DNA from: a bacterium
Lineage (GTDB): Bacteria > Zhuqueibacterota > Zhuqueibacteria > Residuimicrobiales > Krinioviventaceae
Direction of reading: 5' to 3'
NCBI GenBank assembly: GCA_963693055.1
Contig: OY843751.1
Location: 160,001-224,000, forward strand
Length of the DNA: 64,000 nt
The position numbers were made by a program, and so were the translations under genes. Below are positions 49,183 through 57,838 of this stretch, one piece after another. A model generated the notes under the pieces. That model was given only the letters and a program-made list of their open reading frames with translations. It had not been told where the DNA came from and ran no database searches. The first letter of the stretch is position 1. The number at the start of each line of letters is the position of its first letter.

Positions 49183-50196
49183 TTATTGAACAATCACCCA
49201 CAAGCTTCCATAACCGTCAAATGACATGTCATATATTTTTTCTATATTATCTTGTGTGTGTTCCAAAACAATGTTATAGCTTTTCTCTGGATTGATATTT
49301 TCATCATATTCTCGTAAAATATATGACTCGTTATCAAAAGCATACAATTTTCTGTAATAAGCAAGTGACCTGAGATTGGTAAAATTTGTATCAAATTCAT
49401 TTAAAATTTGTGTGGGATCTATTAAATCATGTTCATGTATTTTATCTTCAAAACAGGTGAACAATGTTTTTCTGCCAATATGAAGCGAAACTCCTTTCAT
49501 TGTGGTACCCACTTTGATTTTATTAGAAAAAGTACCATCCTTCAGATTTATAACATATAATGAATCTCTGTTAACGCAAGCATAAATGCCATCACGACCA
49601 AACGCCATTCCACTTATAGCTAAATGTGACAATGTCTTGAATATCCTTTCGTCTTCAACCCACTTTTCTTTCATTGCAAGTGTATATACATGAAAAAGAT
49701 CTTGAAATACTTTAGTTCCATCCGGGAGAAATCCTTTAAACATCCAATTAATAGACCAACATTCAGTACCAACGATTGCAATGGCTTGATTGGTAGCACT
49801 AGATTTTGGAAAAATTTTGGCAATAAACACATGAGGTATTTCTAATGTGAGCGTAGTATCGCTATGGGGATATGAAATTTAACTTTTTTTAATAAAGTAA
49901 CCATCTCGCTCCATGCTTAAATAGTAATCACCGGGATATACTGAATCAAATTTAAAATAAACCGTACTGTCCGCGGTAATAATTTATGTGCCAAATTTCA
50001 CTTCGTATAGAATATTAATTTCATCCAGTTTGATCTGTGCGTTTGGCATGGGCTCAAACGTATCCATGTCGACAGCTTGGCCATCGAAAACTTAAGTAGG
50101 AATCAATGGACGAGTAATATCATGTTCCTGCTTGTTCCAGCAGTGAACAAGCAAAGAGCATGAGAGGACTAGTAGAATCATCCGTACTTTACACAT
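49183..50196 (-). pseudogene. Pseudogenised third copy of the lipoprotein family at 50257-52319
   Basis: One continuous frame from ATG 50196 (MCKVRMILLVLSCSLLVHCWNKQE) to 49183, aligning with the neighbour (DMDTFE, LYEVKFGT, FDSVYPG, ERDGYFI, YDMSFDGYG) but with in-frame TAA at 50092-94, 49984-86 and 49879-81. Confidence 0.85.
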
Positions 50197-50256
50197 TCAG
50201 TCACCCCTTTTTTAATTTCCCCTCAATATTGGAAATTATTTTATCATGTATAAACC

Positions 50257-51255
50257 TTATCTCGTAAACAGCAGATTCCCATATCCGTCAAAACTCATGT
50301 CAAACAAGTCTGTGATTTGTACACCTGAATCAGTCATTAATGCATAATGGTTTATTGTGTTGGTATCAGAGTCGAATTTTTCAAGAATAGCCTTGTCATT
50401 ATCAAAAGCGTAAAGATTTTTGTAATATGCCAGGGCAATATAATTATTTTGACCGGGTGAATAAACCGCATCTGTAATTGTAAAATCATCTGCATTATGC
50501 TTGTATAGCTTGCCACCTGAACAAGTATAAATGCATTTATTAATAATATGAAAAGCGACGCCACGTGCAATATGATCAATTTTGAATTGACCCGCTTTTG
50601 TACCATCCCAGCGATTCATCTGGTACAATGTATCCGTGTTCATACAAATTATTAATCCATCCCGAATATAGGTCATTGACGATAACAAACGAGGATTATA
50701 GGGAGAAGCGAACTTGCTTTCGTTGAACCAACTCCTGTTTTCATATTTATATTCCGCAAACATGTCTGAATTGATAAACGGCGGTGTGTCGCCAGCACGC
50801 CAATAAATGTTTACTAACGCTGTTGAGCCGCTACAAGAAAACGCTGGACTTTTTGAATAACTGTGTAAAAATTCCTGAACAAAATAGAGTTGCGGTACTT
50901 CGAGTGCTGTGCTGGTATCGGCATGTTCTACCTGAAATTTGGTTTCATTAATGAAATAGCCATCTCTTTCAACGCTCAACAGGTATTTACCGGGATATAC
51001 AGAATCGAACTGAAACATGCCGGTACTATCTGCAGTGACGATCTGTGTGCCGAATTCAACCTCATAAAGCATTTCATTTTCTACCAGTTTAACCTGAGTC
51101 CCTGGCAATATTTCATAGGTATCCATATCTAACACCTGGCCATTAAAAGTATAGAATGGAATTACCGGTTTTGTAATCTCGTTGTCCTGAGGACTCCAGC
51201 AGTTTAATAGAAAAAATAATGATACAAGAATGAGAATTGTTAATTTTGATTTCAT
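50257..51255 (-). CDS. Lipoprotein: carboxypeptidase-regulatory-like domain + putative beta-propeller
   Basis: Lipobox-like LLNCW; TADSTGMFQFDSVYPGKYLLSVERDGY; C-term FDMSFDGYGNL; ATGA overlap with upstream stop. Confidence 0.75.
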   Translation of the reverse strand: MKSKLTILILVSLFFLLNCWSPQDNEITKPVIPFYTFNGQVLDMDTYEILPGTQVKLVENEMLYEVEFGTQIVTADSTGMFQFDSVYPGKYLLSVERDGYFINETKFQVEHADTSTALEVPQLYFVQEFLHSYSKSPAFSCSGSTALVNIYWRAGDTPPFINSDMFAEYKYENRSWFNESKFASPYNPRLLSSMTYIRDGLIICMNTDTLYQMNRWDGTKAGQFKIDHIARGVAFHIINKCIYTCSGGKLYKHNADDFTITDAVYSPGQNNYIALAYYKNLYAFDNDKAILEKFDSDTNTINHYALMTDSGVQITDLFDMSFDGYGNLLFTR

Positions 51256-52319
51256 TGGGTTAACCACAAATTATTATATGAATCGAAATGAATATCATAT
51301 ACATCCGTAATATGATAGTTGTTTAATTTATGAACAATAGCAAATGTTTCCTGAATTTTAAAATTAGGAAGCATTTTGTGATAAAGGTGGGTTGAAGAAT
51401 CATAAATATAAAACATTTCTTTATGAAAAGTTAACGCACCACATGATTTAATCGGCATATCAGTTAATTTGTGTATTTCGAATGATTCTGTATTAATCTG
51501 AAATAGCACTGAATCATTACATGCCAGTAAAGAGTTACTGTATGGTTCAAATATAATATCCTCAAGATTAAAATCAAAAGGTATTGATTGTTTTAGATAA
51601 AATTGCCATTTATCAATTACCAGCAAGGTGTCAGGTTTTTTTAATGCGTATATGTTTTTGTTATCAACTGTTAATTGATAAATATCATCCAGATTTGCAG
51701 AACTCGGTTGAGCTGAATAAAAGGTAGTGTTATTATTATCAAGAGAGGTTTTGCAAAAATAATAACCAACGCTTGATGCTCCGAATGATTCGAATTTGTT
51801 GGATGCAAATGTACCTGAATTTCCTGATATATAAAATGCAGGAGATTTTGAATTTACCATAACAAAACGAGAAGAGCTTGTATGCTTGCCGGTTGGATCA
51901 AAATCATCATATACAACATTTGGATGAATATTGCCGAATATGATGTGAGGGACCCTCACATCCATAACTCTATCTTCATGTTCTATGCTTAGGCGTTCGC
52001 TTTCTAACCATATATTATTGGAATTTACAGAGAACTGATAGCTGCCGGGTATCAAGCCAGATACAGTAAAGAGACCGTTGCTGTCAGATTCGACGGTTTT
52101 GGAATTAAACTCTGCATCATAAAGCAATTCTACTGCTGTGACCTTGATTTGTGTCTTGGGTAAAACATCATTGGTGTTATACTCTATGGTTTGACCCGAC
52201 AAGGTATATTGGGGAACATTCGGTCCATTAACATCATTGTCTTGTTTGTTCCAACAGTTTGTCAGAAATAACAGGACAGTGATCAGGATGTATTTATAAT
52301 ATTTGACTATGATTTTCAA
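51252..52319 (-). CDS. Lipoprotein: carboxypeptidase-regulatory-like domain + putative beta-propeller (paralogue)
   Basis: LTNCWNKQD; ESDSNGLFTVSGLIPGSY; C-term YDIHFDSYNNLW. Confidence 0.75.
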   Translation of the reverse strand: MKIIVKYYKYILITVLLFLTNCWNKQDNDVNGPNVPQYTLSGQTIEYNTNDVLPKTQIKVTAVELLYDAEFNSKTVESDSNGLFTVSGLIPGSYQFSVNSNNIWLESERLSIEHEDRVMDVRVPHIIFGNIHPNVVYDDFDPTGKHTSSSRFVMVNSKSPAFYISGNSGTFASNKFESFGASSVGYYFCKTSLDNNNTTFYSAQPSSANLDDIYQLTVDNKNIYALKKPDTLLVIDKWQFYLKQSIPFDFNLEDIIFEPYSNSLLACNDSVLFQINTESFEIHKLTDMPIKSCGALTFHKEMFYIYDSSTHLYHKMLPNFKIQETFAIVHKLNNYHITDVYDIHFDSYNNLWLTQ

Positions 52320-52340
52320 GCTCCAAAAAATTTAAAAGAT

Positions 52341-54830
52341 TTAAAACAGATTCATATTAATACCGACTCTGTATCTGAACCGCATATCATATGCACCCGG
52401 ATCACCATAAATACCACCAGCCAGTCCATTCGAGTCGTACCACAGGGTATTTTCTCTATCCAATAAATTTAAAAATTCACCAAACGCAGAACAGGGTATA
52501 CCCAGCAAATTAAACTCTTTGTTCATTCGCAGATCAAGGGTTATATTTTCATCCATTCGGGAATTGTTGGGTTCTGTTGCAGCACCCTCGTTTTTGGTGT
52601 ATGGCAGGGGACTGTTCCAACGCCAGAGGATATTAATACCCCAATTGTTTGGTTTGCGAATATCGATGTTGGTGACCAGCGTGTGGCGTTGGTCCCAACT
52701 CAGATAGTATTCGTTTATTGGCACAAGCGTTTGCCGGGTGATCCAACTAAATTTTTGAGTGGTTTCTGAACCGGTACCTTTTGCTGTCATAAAGGTATAG
52801 CTGATTTTACCGGATAAAAATTGACTCACATCTCGTTTTAAAAAGACTTCACTACCCCAAACATTCACATTTTCAAGGTTCACGTATTGGGTGTAGCCGG
52901 AGCCGGATAATGAATTGTCTGATTCGTTCAAATAGGTGTTATTGTCTACGAGGTTACTGATTTCTTTGTTGAAAACGGTAAAGTCGAACAGTGTTTTGTT
53001 TCCAATCTGATTTTTATAACTAATCTCGTAAGAAATAGTTTTTGCGGGTTCAAGATCAGGATCGCCCAGGGGTGAGAAACCTTCAGACAAATTCAGGTTT
53101 GCGTTTGTATACAAATAGTCAAACAATGGCATTTGAAAGAACCATCCATAGTTTACATGCAATTCCTGCTTGGGGCCCATGGGAATGGCGAGTCCAACTC
53201 TGGGGCTAACCTGATGTTTAATATCAGCGTCAACTGTCTGGTCGTGATTTACAATCCACTCGTGTCGTTTGCCATATATTTTTTCTTCAATAGCAGGACG
53301 TGAAGCTTTGGGGTCCAAAAAGTCGTAACGAATACCAACATTAACAACCATGCCTTCATAATCGATCTTGTCCTGAATATAAGCTGCGCCACGTGTTGGA
53401 AAGTATCTGTAATCTGTGTCATATGAAATGTATTGAGGAAATTCAGGATCATAGGTCAAAATCTCGAGACGTTGAACGTTCTTTTTATACAGATCATAAT
53501 AGACGTATTCGATACCGGTTTTTAATTGGTGATGGTGTGTAACCTGGGATGTGAAATCAAATTTACCGGTTGTATGTACTTCCTGATGGTCAAGCCACCA
53601 GGGGTAATCGCCGGCAACAATCCAATGGCCTGTTTCGTCAAATTCAGGGTTATACAGTTCTATGGATGATGCGCCATAAATTGATTTTAATACGTTGTAC
53701 TGACTAATACGTAATTCCCAAAATGTTTTGGGACTAATTGTATGCACTGCTGTTGCACTAAAACGATAACTTTTTTTTGAACGGTCTGGCAAACCTTCGA
53801 GGTTCATTTTCCAGTTGTGGACATATTCATTCCAGTCCCAAAGAGACAAGAGTCCCTGAAATTTTAGTTTAAAAGAATTCGTAATGTAATAAGAAAGCTT
53901 GGCATTAAAGTTCATATTGTTACTGGATTCACTATTGTAAATGCTCAGTTTTTGACCAAATTCTTCACGTTTCCAACGGGTGTTGGGAGTTCTAAAGTCT
54001 GCTGCCACGTAGAATTTTAATTTTTGTGTAAAGAGCGGTCCACCCATAAACATTTCAGTGATATAATCTATATCCGGACTTTTGTCAATATAGGGATTAC
54101 TAAATGACGCGTAATTCAGTCCTGAAAACTCTAGAACAGAATTCATATCATCTCCACCATCCTGAGTTAAAATATTTACTACACCAGACATGGCATTACC
54201 ATATTCTGCATTAAAACCACCGGTTTGAACGGTCATGTCGATGATTGAATTCATGGGCAGTTCGTTACCAACTTTACCTTCAATAACATCCTGAATTGGG
54301 AACCCGTCAACAAGATAAAGTACTTCTTCCTGACGACCACCGCGGATGTGCCCTGCGGCAACACCGGGTTGAATGTCAACCACTTCGGTAAAGGATTGTA
54401 CCGGCAGGTGGGTTATTTCCTGTCGGTTGATAAAATGGGTTGTAGCTGTTACGTCTTTTTTGATCATGGAAGCATCCGCAGTAACTGTAACTTCCTGCCC
54501 CTCCAACACTTTGGGTTCCAACTCTATAGTCAATGAGGTTCGAAGGTCCATCAGGATGGTAACTTTTTCAATAATCAGTGTATTGTAACCCATCATTGTG
54601 GCCTTGACTGTAAATGTACCTGCCGGAATATTGTTAACCAGGAACTGTCCTTTTTCGTTTGAAGCAGAGCCAAAGTGACTGTTCACGATGATCACATTGG
54701 CGCCTGGTAACGGTTGCCCTGTACTTTTGTCAAGAACTTTACCTGCAAGTGTTCCTGAAATTCCTGCAAAGACATAATTTGCTGTAAATAAAAAACAATA
54801 GACCAAAATGGTTATTGACCCTTTTTTCAT
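52341..54830 (-). CDS. TonB-dependent receptor (same family as 30324-33473, lacking Ca-repeat loops)
   Basis: GISGTLAGKVLD, HIRGGRQEEV, TGGFNAEYGNAMSGVVN, YIQDKIDY, SPRVGLAIP, WDQRHT, terminal Phe. Confidence 0.92.
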   Translation of the reverse strand: MKKGSITILVYCFLFTANYVFAGISGTLAGKVLDKSTGQPLPGANVIIVNSHFGSASNEKGQFLVNNIPAGTFTVKATMMGYNTLIIEKVTILMDLRTSLTIELEPKVLEGQEVTVTADASMIKKDVTATTHFINRQEITHLPVQSFTEVVDIQPGVAAGHIRGGRQEEVLYLVDGFPIQDVIEGKVGNELPMNSIIDMTVQTGGFNAEYGNAMSGVVNILTQDGGDDMNSVLEFSGLNYASFSNPYIDKSPDIDYITEMFMGGPLFTQKLKFYVAADFRTPNTRWKREEFGQKLSIYNSESSNNMNFNAKLSYYITNSFKLKFQGLLSLWDWNEYVHNWKMNLEGLPDRSKKSYRFSATAVHTISPKTFWELRISQYNVLKSIYGASSIELYNPEFDETGHWIVAGDYPWWLDHQEVHTTGKFDFTSQVTHHHQLKTGIEYVYYDLYKKNVQRLEILTYDPEFPQYISYDTDYRYFPTRGAAYIQDKIDYEGMVVNVGIRYDFLDPKASRPAIEEKIYGKRHEWIVNHDQTVDADIKHQVSPRVGLAIPMGPKQELHVNYGWFFQMPLFDYLYTNANLNLSEGFSPLGDPDLEPAKTISYEISYKNQIGNKTLFDFTVFNKEISNLVDNNTYLNESDNSLSGSGYTQYVNLENVNVWGSEVFLKRDVSQFLSGKISYTFMTAKGTGSETTQKFSWITRQTLVPINEYYLSWDQRHTLVTNIDIRKPNNWGINILWRWNSPLPYTKNEGAATEPNNSRMDENITLDLRMNKEFNLLGIPCSAFGEFLNLLDRENTLWYDSNGLAGGIYGDPGAYDMRFRYRVGINMNLF

Positions 54831-54893
54831 GAGGTTTTCCTGAATTTTATGTTATGATATGGAAATAAAGTGAGTTAATGCGCCTGTTAATCT

Positions 54894-54922
54894 AGAATAA
54901 TTATAATTTTAATAAATGTCAA
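54894..54922 (-). promoter_or_regulatory. sigma70-type promoter for second TBDR operon
   Basis: Minus strand TTGACA-N17-TATTCT. Confidence 0.55.
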
Positions 54923-54947
54923 TTAAAATCTTAAAATATTGTTTGTT

Positions 54948-54976
54948 TTGATTGAAAATTTTTGTATTAATAAAAT
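54948..54976 (+). promoter_or_regulatory. sigma70-type promoter for protease cluster
   Basis: TTGATT-N17-TAAAAT, back-to-back with the minus-strand promoter. Confidence 0.5.
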
Positions 54977-54999
54977 GGAAAGAATTTATTGAACTGATT

Positions 55000-57777
55000 A
55001 TGAAATATTTAATAAAAATTTTATTATTCTTTGCATTGCCAGTTTTTGCTATCGTTCCTCCTCAAGATCCGTTAGCAACTTTTCCGCTGGATATACAGCA
55101 AGTGCTGAGTGAGAATCCGGTTTTATTTTCAAGTCCCAAACATCCCTTGTCTGCTCACAAAACCTTAATATCTGACATTCAATCTAACCGGACACAAGAT
55201 GTTAGCAATCCCACCAACTTGTACATTCCCGTCTTGTGTGCGCAATATTCGGATGTTTATGAAAAAGAATGGGAACCCTGGCAATTACAACAAAAGTTTT
55301 TTGGCGAGTGGGAAACCGGATCTCTAAAAGATTATTATCTTGAAAATTCTTATGGGCAATTGAATATTGAGGGTCAGGTTTATGGATGGAGCCAGGTGTC
55401 TCATCCTGGCCCATATTATGACAGAGAAAATTCCAACATGGGTGAGCTGTTGACTGAATTGTTTACCATGATGGATGATTCTGTTGATTTTGGTATGTAT
55501 GATAATGACGGACCAGATAATTTACCCAATTCTGGCGACGATGATGGGTTTGTTGATATAGTTATTGTTGTGCATTCCGGAAAAGGAGCAGAGCAAACCG
55601 GGGGACCTGAAATATGGTCTCATTTTTTAAATTACAGCTTTTATACCGGAGAACCTTTTGAAACAAGGGATACCGGTGCTAATAGTAAGCCGATTTTTAT
55701 TGATGATTATTTGATCATTCCTGCGGTGCAGAGTGATGATATGGTAGAGATAGGTGTTGTGGCGCATGAATTGGGACATGCTTTTATGCTTCCGGATCTT
55801 TACGATCTGGATTACAGCTCAATGGGTGTAGGTATTTGGTGTTTAATGGGTAGTGGTTCATGGGGTGGTGACAGGCGGTCTCCTGAGCATCCGGTACACT
55901 TGAGCGCATGGTGCAAAGAACGTTTGGGTTGGCTTGAGCCGGTAGTACTGGTGGAAAATGTTTATGATCAGACTATACCTCCCATTGAAGAATATCCTGT
56001 CGCTTACAAGTTGATGAACAATGGCGAGTTGGAAAACTTTGTTTATGAAAATCATCTGGGCTATTATGAAAATGTGGATAAAGAATATTTTTTAATCGAA
56101 AACCGACAGCAAATAGGATTTGATAGCGGTTTACCGGAAAACGGATTGCTTGTTTGGCATATTGATCATACCGTTTCCGATTATTATGGAAATGCCAATG
56201 ATGAACATCGGCTGGTCGATCTTGAAGAGGCTGATGGTTTAGACCAGCTTGACAATAAAGATAGTGACGGTGATGGGGGAGATCCCTTTCCCGGAAACCG
56301 GGGAGTAAATTCTTTTACCCGCTATACATATCCCAATAGCTTATTGTATGATGGTAATACCAGCCGTACAGCGATCTATAATGTTTCTAAAGATGGAAAA
56401 GATGTTGTAGCGGATTTGCACACACTAACTCCTGATCTGACATTTGATCATTATGATTTATCCGAAAAGTCGGATTTGGATAATATATTACTTCCGGGCG
56501 ATGAAAATGTCGGTTTAATTGTATACCTTCAAAATAACGGTATGACAGTAGAATGGGTTGCCGCAACTCTTTCTACAAACGATCCCTATGCAACCGTGCA
56601 TGACGAAACAGGTCGTTATACCCGTATTTTAAAAGATGATGTTTTAGGTAACAAACTGAATTATTTTACTGTTTCGGTAGCCAAAGATTCTCCTGTGCAT
56701 CCAATTCAGTTTATCCTGGATTTTGAAACCAGTGACGGCTATACATCGCAGTTGAGTTTTACTGTCAATATGGAAAAGAGACGCATTTTCCTGGTTGATG
56801 ACAGTAGCGACGAGATAGATGTCGAAGGTAATCGGATACTCGATTATTATACGGAAGCGTTGGATCAGATGGGTGATGTTGAATATGATGTTTGGAGTGT
56901 ACTGGAGCTAATGAATCCTACTCGCATGGTGATGTGGGAATATGATATTGTCATCTGGTTTACCGGCACAAAGGGATTTACGCTGACATCTTATGAAATG
57001 GCTAATTTTAGAAACGTTATGTATTTGGGTGGAAAAGTATTCCTTTCCGGGGAGAATTATGGTACGCATCTTTTGTCAGAGCTTGATCCATTGGCAACCC
57101 AATTTTTCACTGACTGGATGCATGCATCTCTGGTGAGTGAATCGGTCCCTGATACGACAGGGTTGCGAATTGAAGGCATTCCCGGAAATTCTATTTCGGG
57201 GGATTTTCCATATCTAAATCTTGCTTCCAATAATCTGGAATCTCCCAGTATTGTTCGGCCGGATTCATTGGCAAAACCTTTGTTTTATTACAATAATCCA
57301 TCTTTTCCTGAGGGGTGCTCGGCAATTGCCTATGACGGACAGTACCGTTTGGTGTATCTTGCTTTTGGATTTGAAGCAGTTGGAGTTGGAAATAATGCAG
57401 CAGAACATAGAGCGCAATTGATGAAAAATATTGTTGATTGGCTAAAAAGTGGAGATGAACCAAAAACTGATACGCATGTGACAAACAATGAAACCATTAA
57501 AAGATTCAAGTTGTATAATAATTATCCAAATCCTTTTAATGGGGGAACACAAATTCGCTATCAAATAAGCAATACCAGTTTAATAAATTTATCAATTTAT
57601 GATGTGACAGGAAAAAAGGTCCGCACTCTTGTTCAAACCCGTCAACCCCCCGGGGAGTATTCAATTCAGTGGAATGGTCGAAATGATCAGAACAAAGTTT
57701 TGCCAACGGGAGTGTACTTGAGTGTTTTAAACATAAACGGGGAAAGGATAATAAAAAAGATGACATTGGTTAAATAA
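55000..57777 (+). CDS. M6 (immune inhibitor A) family metalloprotease with T9SS-A/FlgD-like CTD
   Basis: GSLKDYYLENSYG, VHSGKGAE, GVVAHELGHAFMLPDLYD, WCLMGSGSW, EYFLIENRQ; CTD NNYPNPFNGGT...KKMTLVK. Confidence 0.92.
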   Translation: MKYLIKILLFFALPVFAIVPPQDPLATFPLDIQQVLSENPVLFSSPKHPLSAHKTLISDIQSNRTQDVSNPTNLYIPVLCAQYSDVYEKEWEPWQLQQKFFGEWETGSLKDYYLENSYGQLNIEGQVYGWSQVSHPGPYYDRENSNMGELLTELFTMMDDSVDFGMYDNDGPDNLPNSGDDDGFVDIVIVVHSGKGAEQTGGPEIWSHFLNYSFYTGEPFETRDTGANSKPIFIDDYLIIPAVQSDDMVEIGVVAHELGHAFMLPDLYDLDYSSMGVGIWCLMGSGSWGGDRRSPEHPVHLSAWCKERLGWLEPVVLVENVYDQTIPPIEEYPVAYKLMNNGELENFVYENHLGYYENVDKEYFLIENRQQIGFDSGLPENGLLVWHIDHTVSDYYGNANDEHRLVDLEEADGLDQLDNKDSDGDGGDPFPGNRGVNSFTRYTYPNSLLYDGNTSRTAIYNVSKDGKDVVADLHTLTPDLTFDHYDLSEKSDLDNILLPGDENVGLIVYLQNNGMTVEWVAATLSTNDPYATVHDETGRYTRILKDDVLGNKLNYFTVSVAKDSPVHPIQFILDFETSDGYTSQLSFTVNMEKRRIFLVDDSSDEIDVEGNRILDYYTEALDQMGDVEYDVWSVLELMNPTRMVMWEYDIVIWFTGTKGFTLTSYEMANFRNVMYLGGKVFLSGENYGTHLLSELDPLATQFFTDWMHASLVSESVPDTTGLRIEGIPGNSISGDFPYLNLASNNLESPSIVRPDSLAKPLFYYNNPSFPEGCSAIAYDGQYRLVYLAFGFEAVGVGNNAAEHRAQLMKNIVDWLKSGDEPKTDTHVTNNETIKRFKLYNNYPNPFNGGTQIRYQISNTSLINLSIYDVTGKKVRTLVQTRQPPGEYSIQWNGRNDQNKVLPTGVYLSVLNINGERIIKKMTLVK

Positions 57778-57838
57778 ATTATTATATTATAAATTCCGTA
57801 GAATTGTCTGATTATGTCAATATAAAGGTAACGAACGA

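Noticed and set aside
49879-50094. TAA stop-codon reassignment or programmed readthrough
   Set aside because: TAA terminates many normal genes here (tig, clpP, lepA), and the stops align to different residues in the paralogue (Tyr, Gln)
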